Source of the DNA: a virus
Taxonomy: Duplodnaviria; Heunggongvirae; Uroviricota; Caudoviricetes
Virus record (IMG/VR): IMGVR_UViG_2974574029_000001
Span: 31,424-95,423 of that record
Strand: one strand, 5' to 3'
Length of the DNA: 64,000 bases
In this document: positions 1-9,755 of the stretch, one piece after another
How the letters are laid out: each line of letters starts with the position of its first letter
How positions within the stretch are numbered: the stretch's first letter is position 1
Made by a program: the position numbers and the translations under genes
The notes under the pieces: generated by a model
What the model was told of the DNA's origin: nothing
Seen by the model: the letters and a program-made list of their open reading frames with translations, nothing else
The model's database searches: none

Positions 1-91
1 GTGATCGCGGACGATCGCTCTCATTATCCAGAAATTCATAGCTCCTCCTCTTGAGTAGATACCCTGAGGATATATTACTATCCGGGAGGTG

Positions 92-448
92 TCAAGGCTC
101 TTTTCCAAAAAGAATACGATCATGACCAACAATGGCCTTCGTCTTTTCTTTCAAAGCAAAGCGCTTTGTCCAGTCAGCCATTTCCTGAATGTACCAACAA
201 GCCTCAGCCGCTGCACGAATATTTTCTACATATGCAAGGGCGCCTTGATAGCCACGAGAAACTCCTCCCGCCCATCGAATACCGGGACGCGTTGTATCAA
301 GATGCTCTAATGCCTTTTTAACATTTTCCACGAAAACTCCTTCACAAAAAGATCGACGGCAAAATCCAGGCCCCGGCGTAGCGAGTACTGGATTGAGGCG
401 GCGCGGCGCTTCGCGCCCATATGTTAACGCCATTCCAGCTTCACGCAA
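92..448 (-). CDS. hypothetical protein
   Basis: Complete 118-aa ORF; no recognisable motif. Confidence 0.35.
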   Translation of the reverse strand: MREAGMALTYGREAPRRLNPVLATPGPGFCRRSFCEGVFVENVKKALEHLDTTRPGIRWAGGVSRGYQGALAYVENIRAAAEACWYIQEMADWTKRFALKEKTKAIVGHDRILFGKEP

Positions 449-590
449 CCGTAGCCTTCGCCCTTACATTTTACCATCTGTCGAAGGGCCTCGTCAAAGC
501 TTCCACCCTGCCAGAACACGTAATATTTATACTCGCCCTCGTGGGCGTTTGTCCAGTATTGTACAGTAAAAGTGCTTCCCATATTAACTC

Positions 591-773
591 CTAATGATCG
601 CCAAAAATACGTAGAAGGGAGAGATTAGTCCAGAAGGCAAAGGCCATTCCAAACAGCAACATCCCGATGAACTCATGGGACTCGGTAGTTTGCACCAGCC
701 CGGTCCCCATCACAAAGGACATGAAAACACACCCCAGGGTTTTCCAGATTTCAATCATATAGAACCTTCCCAA
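591..773 (-). CDS. small hydrophobic/membrane protein
   Basis: 60-aa ORF with two hydrophobic stretches. Confidence 0.3.
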   Translation of the reverse strand: MGRFYMIEIWKTLGCVFMSFVMGTGLVQTTESHEFIGMLLFGMAFAFWTNLSLLRIFGDH

Positions 774-1000
774 ATCTCAAAGTTGTGGCCGAGACTGGGG
801 AGGACGTGCTCATTAATCTGAGTGCATCGATAGCCCTCTCCTCCAAACATGGTTCCCAAGCTGTAGACTATGTACAAGCTACCCTCCTTAGATAGGTAGA
901 TGTAAATGCCCTGTAACCACTTAGGGTCCCTGAAGTAAATTCCATTGCTCCGAGATTTCTTCAGAGCAGACTTTATCAAAACCAAATCATCGTAAATCAT
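755..1000 (-). CDS. hypothetical protein
   Basis: 81-aa ORF in the minus-strand gene series. Confidence 0.3.
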   Translation of the reverse strand: MIYDDLVLIKSALKKSRSNGIYFRDPKWLQGIYIYLSKEGSLYIVYSLGTMFGGEGYRCTQINEHVLPSLGHNFEIWEGSI

Positions 1001-1012
1001 ATTTTATCCTCA

Positions 1013-1369
1013 TTAAGGCTTGGAAGGAGGGGCTGGTGGTGGGCCTGGTCGCAACATCTTAGCAGAGACTGCGGAGATAATCTCTTCCCGTGTTGGATAG
1101 TAAATGCACTCATCCTCTTTTTCCTGGACGTGCTCTGCAATCTTTGCCATTGCACTTTCTTTCGTCAAAGAGGAATTCCAAATGGTTAGCCACAGGAACC
1201 CAAAGAATTTTTCCTGCACCCACCAACGGCCACCATGACATTTCAGCCTGAACTTATTCATCGTAAGAAATTCCCTTAACATAACGCCAAGTTTCCCGGT
1301 AATAGTCCAGCCACTTGGCAAGTTCACCTTCGTTGATACCAGATTTACATAAATACCATCCGTTGTCAA
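1013..1369 (-). CDS. hypothetical protein
   Basis: 118-aa ORF. Confidence 0.35.
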   Translation of the reverse strand: MTTDGIYVNLVSTKVNLPSGWTITGKLGVMLREFLTMNKFRLKCHGGRWWVQEKFFGFLWLTIWNSSLTKESAMAKIAEHVQEKEDECIYYPTREEIISAVSAKMLRPGPPPAPPSKP

Positions 1370-1399
1370 CGCTCATCCGACCGTAGATGCAGAATTTTT

Positions 1400-2491
1400 T
1401 CATTCCTTTTCACCTTTAGCAACTTTCAACATGTGGATCGTATTTTCCAAGTCCTTGCGTGCCTTACTATATAGATTCCTACCATGTTTATCAAGGAATT
1501 TCTCAAGATACTCAAGGGCCTTGAATTCAACAATCTTATCGATGGTTTCCGGGACTTTAAATTCAGACTTCAGCATCTGGTATGCTGCCTTCTTCACGGT
1601 GATCGGGGTTTTTCCCTGACCGATAGCCATTTCGGTAACCAATCGTTTTCTACTATCTGTCCACCCATCATTGATAGGGAATGCCTTATCTCCATTTTTC
1701 TGACGGAAAAACTCTACCGCATGGTCTTTTAGAGTTTCAGGCGCATAGCGGCGGTTGTAGAAGCTACACTCATCCTGATAGTCGAAGTGTTCAAGGTCGT
1801 CGTAGTGACCAACACCCAAATCTGCCAGCATCAAGACATCGTTAGACTGGGATAAGAGTCGGGTAGCGTTCCAACGAACTTCAAAGTCCTGTGCCTGATT
1901 TCGATCGCGGTCCAGTGTGAAAACCTCCGCCGGGAAATCGTAGTCGAATTTATAGTTACCCTTTACAGTGGTGACGTACAGGCCATTCACGTAGAGGCGG
2001 CAATCTTTGCCGTTCTTCTTAGCGTATGCCTTACCATAACCATCGGCTTCGACGACAACTTCTAAATCATCACGCGCCGGAGCGTAGTTGCGCTTAATTT
2101 GGGAGATGATATGATCAGGAACGCCCTTGATAAGGACGGAGACATGAGTGTCTTGACGATTATCGCAGACCCCTTCCTCGATATTGATAGTCAAAACCTT
2201 CTCGTCGAAGGCATCGTCCATCTCTAGGGTCGGTTTCCATACATCCTTACCGTTCCACATGGTTACATCTGCACCTTCACGTAGCAGGCACAGAAAGGCC
2301 AGCTTCATGCCCTCGCCATATTTACCAATCTTTGTCTCGTCGTCCTCTTTTGAGGTTTTACCGAGGAGCAGCGACTGAATTGGCAGTTTGCCACCATAGG
2401 AGTCAATGCAGATACTGTCTTTGATGAAGGTTACGTCGTGATCACCAGAGTCAATAGCATTCTGTATAAGCTCGCGAGCACCTTCCACCAT
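1400..2491 (-). CDS. GHKL-type (histidine-kinase/MutL/Hsp90-like) ATPase domain protein
   Basis: N-terminal ELIQNAIDSGD (Bergerat N-box-like) followed by IGKYGEGMKLAF glycine-rich box; 363 aa. Confidence 0.4.
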   Translation of the reverse strand: MVEGARELIQNAIDSGDHDVTFIKDSICIDSYGGKLPIQSLLLGKTSKEDDETKIGKYGEGMKLAFLCLLREGADVTMWNGKDVWKPTLEMDDAFDEKVLTINIEEGVCDNRQDTHVSVLIKGVPDHIISQIKRNYAPARDDLEVVVEADGYGKAYAKKNGKDCRLYVNGLYVTTVKGNYKFDYDFPAEVFTLDRDRNQAQDFEVRWNATRLLSQSNDVLMLADLGVGHYDDLEHFDYQDECSFYNRRYAPETLKDHAVEFFRQKNGDKAFPINDGWTDSRKRLVTEMAIGQGKTPITVKKAAYQMLKSEFKVPETIDKIVEFKALEYLEKFLDKHGRNLYSKARKDLENTIHMLKVAKGEKE

Positions 2492-2602
2492 GCCCAGTGT
2501 GAAACATAGGTTGGGGTGATTGTCAATTTTACGCTCTTCATAATCTCTCCTTTGAAGTTGTTTGTTCTTCCATTATGACAGAAAGAAAGGTAGTGTCAAT
2601 AC

Positions 2603-2869
2603 TTGATTTTCATTAAGAGAGTTCGTATACTTCTCATTGTGAGAAATTTAGAGGAGAAAAGCATGTCAGAGAAAGTTGAAGAGCAGTTCAAGTATAGGTT
2701 CAATGAAATTGTCCTGGTCGATGGTCAATTCGAGGCAACCATTCGGGATATTTACACCAGAACCATCCGTAAGGATGAGGATACCATTGAGGTCTATGTG
2801 TCTTATCGTCTTCACGAGAAAGATTGGTGGTGGCAGGAAATTTCACCAGAAAGGGTATCTAAATTATGA
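2603..2869 (+). CDS. hypothetical protein
   Basis: 88-aa ORF with RBS-like AGGAGAAAAGC before the ATG; first plus-strand gene after a short divergent region. Confidence 0.4.
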   Translation: MIFIKRVRILLIVRNLEEKSMSEKVEEQFKYRFNEIVLVDGQFEATIRDIYTRTIRKDEDTIEVYVSYRLHEKDWWWQEISPERVSKL

Positions 2870-3453
2870 TAGAAAGAGAAAGGTTGTTAGCAGTGTTGCA
2901 TTACAATGATAAGACAGGAATGTTTGTCTGGTTAAAGACCCTTTCTCGAAATGTAAAGGCAGGAACAATTGCGGGATACATAAATAAAGACGGGTACAGA
3001 GTTATAAAAATAGATGGCAGACTGTATTCCGCACACCGATTAGCGTGGTTATATATGAAAGGATATGTTCCACCTATGATTGACCACAGAAATAGGGTAA
3101 GGAGTGATAACTCATTCGAAAATCTCAGGTCTTCAGATAGCGAGAGGAATCAGCATAATACAGGATTGAAGAAGGGAGAAGTCCCTTACAAAGGTGTCAG
3201 CATAGATCCAAGGGGCGGTAAATATCAGGCAAAAATAAGGTATAAGGGAAAGAGGTATACCTTCTATGGGTTCACTGACCCAATTTTTGCAGCATTAGCA
3301 TATGATTATGCAACACTACTACTAAGGGACTCTCACGCTGAGACAAATGAGAGTTTAGGGCTTTGTGATTTTAAAACGATGACAGAGGCCGATAAGAAAG
3401 TGGTTATTGCTTTTGTAAAACAAAAACTTAACTTTGGAGATAAAAAATGCTAG
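2866..3453 (+). CDS. HNH homing endonuclease with AP2-type DNA-binding domain
   Basis: HRLAWLYMKG...IDHRNRVRSDN (HNH_3-like) plus YKGVSIDPRGGKYQAKIRYKGKRYTFYGF (AP2-like). Confidence 0.6.
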   Translation: MIERERLLAVLHYNDKTGMFVWLKTLSRNVKAGTIAGYINKDGYRVIKIDGRLYSAHRLAWLYMKGYVPPMIDHRNRVRSDNSFENLRSSDSERNQHNTGLKKGEVPYKGVSIDPRGGKYQAKIRYKGKRYTFYGFTDPIFAALAYDYATLLLRDSHAETNESLGLCDFKTMTEADKKVVIAFVKQKLNFGDKKC

Positions 3454-3743
3454 AATTAGAAGATAGTGGTATGCCTGATCGTAACGAGCCAGACCATAAG
3501 GTTTGTGTTGATTCCATTTGCCTGCTGTATGGGTTCTCGGAGGATAATATCCTTAACGGTAAACGTTGCCTTGTGCTGGAGAAGACCGTCCTCGGTGTAA
3601 ATGGATATTATCCTCGTAACGAATCTTGGTTTCTTTGCCACGTTGATGGACTTCCATATCTACATGATATCCGAGCTGATCACTTGATGCACCTGGATGA
3701 TTCAGATCATCTCGTGATAGAAAAGCTATCCAAAGGTCAATAA
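3447..3743 (+). CDS. hypothetical protein
   Basis: 98-aa ORF, ATGA overlap with the upstream gene. Confidence 0.4.
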   Translation: MLELEDSGMPDRNEPDHKVCVDSICLLYGFSEDNILNGKRCLVLEKTVLGVNGYYPRNESWFLCHVDGLPYLHDIRADHLMHLDDSDHLVIEKLSKGQ

Positions 3744-3773
3744 AAAAAAAACCCGGCACTCGCCGGGTTTCTT
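3742..3773. terminator. bidirectional rho-independent terminator
   Basis: A10-CCCGGC-ACTC-GCCGGG-TTTCTTC; the hairpin is flanked by an A-run and a T-run and lies between convergent genes. Confidence 0.6.
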
Positions 3774-4148
3774 CTATACATCTTTCAACCATTCATTCCT
3801 TTCGGTATAAATCATACGGTTTTTCTTCTTCCTGTTGAGGGTCGCAGGTATCACCTGGATATTATCACCACAGTTAAGGCCGGACACTTTAGTTGCCCTG
3901 AGCGGAAGCATGTGGTCTGGTTCCCACTTTATTCCAGTATCTTCACAGCGAACAGAACACAAGTGGTCAGCCTCATCTCTGACAAACTCATCCCACTCAC
4001 TATGGAGGGTAGCACGTTTCTCTGCTTCAATACGAGAAAGACGAATACGAAGTTGTTCTGCTTTACCTTCCGGTGTGGAACGTCGCTGACGATCAATCTC
4101 ACGACGCCGAGCGGCATACTGACGATAATACTCCTGACGATCTCTCAT
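3774..4148 (-). CDS. HNH endonuclease
   Basis: PDHMLPLRATKVSGLNCGDNIQVIPATLNRKKKN matches the DH..P....G...N.Q.....N..K HNH pattern. Confidence 0.5.
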   Translation of the reverse strand: MRDRQEYYRQYAARRREIDRQRRSTPEGKAEQLRIRLSRIEAEKRATLHSEWDEFVRDEADHLCSVRCEDTGIKWEPDHMLPLRATKVSGLNCGDNIQVIPATLNRKKKNRMIYTERNEWLKDV

Positions 4149-4160
4149 AAGAATCTCCTC

Positions 4161-4640
4161 TTAGTGCAAGGTCAGAAATACCGTCAACAGGCCGTAGAGA
4201 ACTGCCGCCAGAAGAAACCAGCGGTTATTGGGATTTCTGAACCAGTCTTTTACTCGGTATTTTACACCTAGCGTTTTCTTGTGTTCACTGATAATCCTAT
4301 CCAACGATCTATAGAGATCACGAATAGACGCCTCGAACCCTTCATAACTATCAAAGGCCTCTTCCAGATGTTCTGGATCAAGCTTCCCCATGTCGCCAAC
4401 ACGAAATGTGTAAGTTGTTGGCCTTATAGTGTTTGAACCTCTGGTAACGTCCAGACGACCAACTTTGATAGAAAAAAGGATGCCGTTTTTGGCATCCCTT
4501 ATGACGAGAACTCGTTCTTCTGTCACAGGCTCCCTTACGAGAGCGATGCAACCTTTTGAGTTTTCTATAAAACCCTTTTCCAGCAGAGTATGCCAGTGCT
4601 CTCGAAGGATAGGGTGTTCACGTACAATCTTTTGAAACAT
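4161..4640 (-). CDS. hypothetical protein with C-terminal transmembrane helix
   Basis: 159 aa; C-terminal WFLLAAVLYGLLTVFLTL. Confidence 0.35.
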   Translation of the reverse strand: MFQKIVREHPILREHWHTLLEKGFIENSKGCIALVREPVTEERVLVIRDAKNGILFSIKVGRLDVTRGSNTIRPTTYTFRVGDMGKLDPEHLEEAFDSYEGFEASIRDLYRSLDRIISEHKKTLGVKYRVKDWFRNPNNRWFLLAAVLYGLLTVFLTLH

Positions 4641-4712
4641 ACTAACCTCCTATCTTAATGATAGATCCATTTTATCATGAAAAACAGGGTTATCATATAA
4701 GATAGGGACGAT

Positions 4713-4943
4713 TCAGCACTTAAAACTGCACTTGGGACAAGGACAAGAGATGCCGTGGAAGCATAAACCCGTACCATCTTTTCTAACACCGGTGCCACCA
4801 CAATTCGGACAAGAGTCATGCAAGCACTTCACAGTTCCGGTATCACCTGAAGAAGGCCATACAACTCTCTCGATGCCTTGCTGGGCATAGTATCTTTCTC
4901 TCATAATCTTTGCCTGTTCTGGAGTGAGAAGACCATAACTCAT
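4713..4943 (-). CDS. Cys-rich zinc-ribbon-like small protein
   Basis: CPNCGGTG...CFHGISCPCPKC. Confidence 0.35.
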   Translation of the reverse strand: MSYGLLTPEQAKIMRERYYAQQGIERVVWPSSGDTGTVKCLHDSCPNCGGTGVRKDGTGLCFHGISCPCPKCSFKC

Positions 4944-5102
4944 ACTGTGTACCCCTTACATTGTAGCCAAACAAAGAAATCCTCCAACCAATCTTCCTGA
5001 TCTCTGGTGTCGGGCCAGTTCTCAGGCTCTTCGGAGAGATTCCTGTGCATTTTATATTCTGATTGCCATTCGGAAATCAGTTCTACCATTCTACCCATAA
5101 AC

Positions 5103-5333
5103 TCAAGCTGTCGCATTTCTTCTCCTCATAACATAGTGGATTAAGGCCCCGAAGGGCCATGCAAAACCAATGGCAAAGCAGATTTCAGACCAGTCCCGAT
5201 CTGTACGGGCTTTATAAATCTGCTTCAGGACTACGTCCTTTTCCATCTTTACTGAGTATACCACAGCAATTATCGCATATGCAACACCAAAAAGTCCTAC
5301 CAGAGCTTCAATCATCCCATCTTGCTCCAGCAC
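5103..5333 (-). CDS. small membrane protein
   Basis: 76 aa, two hydrophobic segments. Confidence 0.3.
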   Translation of the reverse strand: MLEQDGMIEALVGLFGVAYAIIAVVYSVKMEKDVVLKQIYKARTDRDWSEICFAIGFAWPFGALIHYVMRRRNATA

Positions 5334-6382
5334 ATGTCCTGAGCCGTCATGAGGACCCTTGCAAACAGGTCAAGATCCGCCATTTTAGGAAGCTGTGTTT
5401 TTTTGTACAAATCCTCACGGATATAGCGATCCTTCTCATCCGCCCATGAGAGTAGCTCATTAAGCGTCCACTTACCAGCCCTGATATCGAGAAGTTCCTG
5501 AGCATCAGGACGCTTCACGAGGACCTTCCCATCAGAAAGAATCTCTTCTGCCATACGCATCAGGCGTACAAGGTGCATCGCATGTTTGGTGTCATAACCA
5601 AAATCAACTTCGAGCTGGTGACGAACTTCGTTTCGGTTCTGTTTCCATGTCCAATAATTACGATGCTTCTCTTTGGCCTGTTTGTGCTCCTCTGCCAAGT
5701 ATTTGACAATAAAGACAGGCTTTCTCCGCTTGTCAGAGTCAGAGAGTTGCTGATAATCAACATGGCGAATTGAACCATCAGCATTGAACATTCCTGAGCT
5801 GCTGAAGTTTTCCATCACCCCGTATATATCGTTGCCATAAGGAACAAGGATACACATATCGTTGAGATTGCTCATTGCCTTCATGAAACGATCATGTTTA
5901 ATTGCCCCAGCAAGGAACTCGTTCTCACTATAGTTGTGAACTAAGCGGAAGAACTCCTTTTGCGTAGGCTTTTCTTCAGGCTGCGGATTGCTGATCCACT
6001 TATCGTGACCACGAATACGCTTCAACTGAGCCATCGCATACCCAGAGAAGGAGAACGCTACCTTACTGGTCAGTAGTGCTGGGGCAATTGTGCGAAGATA
6101 GTCATAAACTTCAGAGGTTTGCAGGATATCCTTATCATCGACAAACATCAGTTCGATAATGTTGGGGTTCATCTCTGCAAACAATTTCATGAAGTTTGTC
6201 AGCTCATAAATCTTCCCATCCTCTTCATCTTCCAGCGTCTGCTCTTTGGTCTTAAAGAACGGGGTGCGGATGAATTTAGGCGGCGCACAGAAGAGGCCCC
6301 GGATATCCACATCACTAGTTGGCAGGTTTGTGCCATAAGCGAGGCTACCTGAGTAGCATCGCATCACTTCAAACTTTTCCAT
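5312..6382 (-). CDS. pol-beta superfamily nucleotidyltransferase domain protein
   Basis: N-terminal GSLAYGTNLPTSDVDIRGLF (GS...G...SDxD nucleotidyltransferase signature); 356 aa. Confidence 0.45.
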   Translation of the reverse strand: MEKFEVMRCYSGSLAYGTNLPTSDVDIRGLFCAPPKFIRTPFFKTKEQTLEDEEDGKIYELTNFMKLFAEMNPNIIELMFVDDKDILQTSEVYDYLRTIAPALLTSKVAFSFSGYAMAQLKRIRGHDKWISNPQPEEKPTQKEFFRLVHNYSENEFLAGAIKHDRFMKAMSNLNDMCILVPYGNDIYGVMENFSSSGMFNADGSIRHVDYQQLSDSDKRRKPVFIVKYLAEEHKQAKEKHRNYWTWKQNRNEVRHQLEVDFGYDTKHAMHLVRLMRMAEEILSDGKVLVKRPDAQELLDIRAGKWTLNELLSWADEKDRYIREDLYKKTQLPKMADLDLFARVLMTAQDMCWSKMG

Positions 6383-6391
6383 TATCTCTCC

Positions 6392-6766
6392 TTATGAACA
6401 GACCAGATTACATGGTCGTTTTCTGTCCCAATAATTCAAGAGGTGTTGACATAGTTGTTTAGTCGGTAAACCTTCTTTGTTACTGGGAGCTTCATCCCGC
6501 AACCTGCGGATCTCCTCTAAGAGCAGGGTCACCTCATCAGGATACCAACCCGTAGGCTCATCCGCCTTGACCATGCAGATACCGGGTTTCCACTTAGACA
6601 AAGAGTAGCGGTCCTCATCATCTTCCCGGTTTGGGTATGCATCAACCAATACCTTAGCCATCTTACCACGGATCTCTTTTACAATGCCAGGCTTCAGCTC
6701 ATTATACCCGAAATAAATGTAAACAGAGTCACCTACCTTAAGTGTGTCACCACGAACATCGTTCAT
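6392..6766 (-). CDS. hypothetical protein
   Basis: 124-aa ORF. Confidence 0.35.
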   Translation of the reverse strand: MNDVRGDTLKVGDSVYIYFGYNELKPGIVKEIRGKMAKVLVDAYPNREDDEDRYSLSKWKPGICMVKADEPTGWYPDEVTLLLEEIRRLRDEAPSNKEGLPTKQLCQHLLNYWDRKRPCNLVCS

Positions 6767-6767
6767 A

Positions 6768-7259
6768 CTATTCTCCTTTCAGGCGGAAAGATTTGATCGT
6801 GGTGATCAGGTCTTTCTCTGTTTGGGTGTAGTTGTGGACCACATTGCCCAACTCGTCACGGTACTGGTTAGCAATCTGCGGCCCTACGAGTTGGCCTGGT
6901 CGGTATACGAGATCCGTAACTTCCATGTATTGTGGGTTGTACATATACTCCGGCAGCACAACAGCAACTGCTGTCATTGCCCCGTTGAGAGCATCTTGTT
7001 CCTCACAAAAAGAGGCCCACGGGTAAGTGCCACTGAGAATCCCCAATTTTGAACAAAGGTCCTGTAAGTTTGACTGGTAACCACCATTAAGAACGATCAT
7101 CGTCTTATCTCTATCCGCCCAGTCCCACAACAGGTTGCTGGCCTTGTTCCTACGCTGTGGGTAGTCTAAGAACACTTCTGTCATGGCATGAGCAGACTGA
7201 ATTCCGGCATGGATACCTGCAATATACTGATTTACTACGCAATACATGCGTGTCTTCAT
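6768..7259 (-). CDS. hypothetical protein
   Basis: 163-aa ORF. Confidence 0.35.
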   Translation of the reverse strand: MKTRMYCVVNQYIAGIHAGIQSAHAMTEVFLDYPQRRNKASNLLWDWADRDKTMIVLNGGYQSNLQDLCSKLGILSGTYPWASFCEEQDALNGAMTAVAVVLPEYMYNPQYMEVTDLVYRPGQLVGPQIANQYRDELGNVVHNYTQTEKDLITTIKSFRLKGE

Positions 7260-7612
7260 TTTTCTTTCCTTTCTTTCACAAATTTACCAAGAAGGAATGC
7301 CCCTAATGCTAAGATAGCAACCCCCGCAACAAGCACAAGAAAAGGGAGCAATAGCACACCTATTGCGATCATTACTGGAAGGAATAATCCGCACATAACC
7401 GCAAGGAAAGCTGGCAGGCCATACTTATCCCAGATGGTATCATCTTCTGCCCGGTAACTGATACCAATTCCCAGCCCAGCTAGGAGGCTGAACACGAACA
7501 TAAGCAAGAATGCGTAATTGAAAATAAATGCCCACACGGGGAGCACAACATCATCGATATAATTCATTTTTCTATCCTTTTTTGAAGAACTCTGTGTATT
7601 TAAACATAGCAC
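7256..7612 (-). CDS. integral membrane protein
   Basis: 118 aa, mostly hydrophobic with 3-4 predicted helices. Confidence 0.35.
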   Translation of the reverse strand: MLCLNTQSSSKKDRKMNYIDDVVLPVWAFIFNYAFLLMFVFSLLAGLGIGISYRAEDDTIWDKYGLPAFLAVMCGLFLPVMIAIGVLLLPFLVLVAGVAILALGAFLLGKFVKERKEK

Positions 7613-7781
7613 CCTTGTAGCTTGGATGCAAGCGATAATTACAACCTTTTTCGATACACCAGTCTGTGGCCTTGTTACGCAGGGCTACTAAACCGCACCA
7701 TGCACAAACTTGCTTCCCTGCATGTTTGTCCAGAAAGAAATGATGTTTCTCGTAGGTGTACTCTTCTTTGTCCTTAGACAT
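7572..7781 (-). CDS. Cys-rich small protein
   Basis: Likely starts at MSKDKEEY, internal to track ORF 7572..7856; CAWCG...CIEKGC. Confidence 0.3.
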   Translation of the reverse strand: MSKDKEEYTYEKHHFFLDKHAGKQVCAWCGLVALRNKATDWCIEKGCNYRLHPSYKGAMFKYTEFFKKG

Positions 7782-8232
7782 TGTTCTGCGCCTCCAGCCA
7801 ATCCCCAAGTTCATCTCTGGTCTGTTTGAAAGATTCAAGTTCAAGCAGTTTTTCATCTTTTTCCGTGAGCCTATCTGCTAGGTTGAAAAGTCTTGCCAAC
7901 GCATGGTTGAGCAGCGTTCTCTCAAACAGAGTAGCCCAAGAAATTCCTTTGAAGCTGATTGCGTGATCAGTCCCATACTCAGTTATATCGAAGATTTCCA
8001 CCTTCTCTATGCGGAAAGGAAGCTCTCCATTTTTCCACACAAGAAATTTCCTTTTCCCTTCATTTCTGGTCCTAAAGTTGTTCGCCTCTTTTTCCAAGAA
8101 CTTAAGGAATTCCCAAGCCGGGTAATCACATCTCGCCACAAGTCGAGCATACTCTGCCTTCGCGTCTATAGTATTCTTTGGAGAGCATCTTATCCACCAC
8201 AAGTTGAAATCTTCGTGACTTACAAGTTTCAT
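7774..8232 (-). CDS. hypothetical protein
   Basis: 152-aa ORF. Confidence 0.3.
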   Translation of the reverse strand: MKLVSHEDFNLWWIRCSPKNTIDAKAEYARLVARCDYPAWEFLKFLEKEANNFRTRNEGKRKFLVWKNGELPFRIEKVEIFDITEYGTDHAISFKGISWATLFERTLLNHALARLFNLADRLTEKDEKLLELESFKQTRDELGDWLEAQNNV

Positions 8233-9475
8233 GGTCTCTCCTTAAGAACATTACGGATTGCATCGATACGTGCAACACGGATCGCCTCACCGATCTCCTT
8301 ACCGCTTTTGCCTTTCTCTAGCATTGCGGAAGATACCGCCTTGCTGTCCGTATTTACAACCGCCTCGAAAGCATCAAGGAGAATTTTTCCTTGCGGGTAT
8401 TCCTTATCTGCGTGCGTGGCACCACGACCACGGGCATCGCAGAAACAAGCGTCTGCTAAGGAAAACACCTTGTCCTGTGTCTTCTGACTAGCCACGTTAC
8501 CTGCGGCTTCGAAAAGCTTCATCATGGAACGTGGCTTGATTCCTTTATTATTCCCACGGCCCAAAATGCAATGCACACGAGTATGGTGCTCTGTCACGTA
8601 CAGTGCAATATCCCTGAATTCGTTAGGAACTCGAATCCGACTGCACAGCGTCCGCACAGGATCAAGACCAGCCTCTTCATGACCGAGGAGATTACCGTAC
8701 TTACGGAAAGTGATCGCCTTTCCAAAGTCATGACACAGCACCGCAAATTTCACCTGAGGAGAGCAAAAGGTTTTATCGGCCTGTTGCAGACACATCAATG
8801 TATGAATGAAAGCGTCTCCTTCCGGGTGATGTTCTCTCGGCTGTTCTACTCCACGAAGGGCATCCAGTTCTGGAAGTTCGCCCATAATCGACATGTGGTA
8901 AGCATAGTTATGGAAGTTTTTGGAATTTAAAGCCTTTTCCATCTCTTTCCATTTACGCTCAGGACTAATCTCCGCAAGGCGGTGACGATTATTAAACATA
9001 AGTGTGTATGTTTTATGGTCAACAGACCAACTCTCCCCTAACTGTGCCTTAAGACGGAAAAGACGCAGAATACGCAGTGGGTCATCCATGAATGCTGACG
9101 TCGTATGACGAAGAGTCATGTTTGACAGGTCATGCATACCGTTGAACGGGTCAATGATAAACCCTGTCTCCATGTCTTTAGCCATCGCATTGATCGTAAG
9201 ATCACGACGAGACAAATCCTCTTCCAGCGTCACATCTGGCTGAAGAAAGTCTCAAAGCCAGTATGACCTTCACCAGTTTTGCGCTCAGTACGGGCCAGTG
9301 CGTATTCTTCTTTGGTTTCAGGATGCAAGTACACCGGGAAAGCAGCGCCAACCTGGGTGAAACCTTTTTCAATCATTTCTTCGTGCGTTGCACCCACAAC
9401 CACGTAGTCACGGTCATGAACTGGGCGACCCAGCAGACCATCACGAACAGCGCCACCTACCAGATATACTTTCAT
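8229..9475 (-). CDS. cca: tRNA nucleotidyltransferase (CCA-adding enzyme), reading frame interrupted near 9233-9250
   Basis: N-terminal fragment (9230..9475) [28 protein letters not shown]...[17 protein letters not shown]-terminal fragment (8229..9233) [17 protein letters not shown]...[11 protein letters not shown] plus an HD domain LCHDFGKA. Both match the bacterial Cca head and HD domain; the fragments meet at a 1-nt frame change. Confidence 0.7.
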
Positions 9476-9484
9476 CTTTTCTCC

Positions 9485-9751
9485 TTAGAAATTGTCTGTG
9501 TTGATGAAGTGTATACCGTTCTTCTTCAACAAGTCAACCTTTAATTTCCGTAAAAGAAGATCGTGGTCTTTTTTAATGGAAATAAGGGTATTCCTATGAC
9601 CATCTATCTCATGTGACGGCCTCACATGGAGGACCTTTTCGCGACTGTATGTGCCAGATGCCGTTTTCACATCAAAATTCTCTTGCAGATCACCCAAAAC
9701 AACAGTGTAATACGGATACAGATCATATTTCACAAATGCAGTTACTTTCAT
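9485..9751 (-). CDS. hypothetical protein
   Basis: 88-aa ORF. Confidence 0.3.
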   Translation of the reverse strand: MKVTAFVKYDLYPYYTVVLGDLQENFDVKTASGTYSREKVLHVRPSHEIDGHRNTLISIKKDHDLLLRKLKVDLLKKNGIHFINTDNF

Positions 9752-9755
9752 AGTA

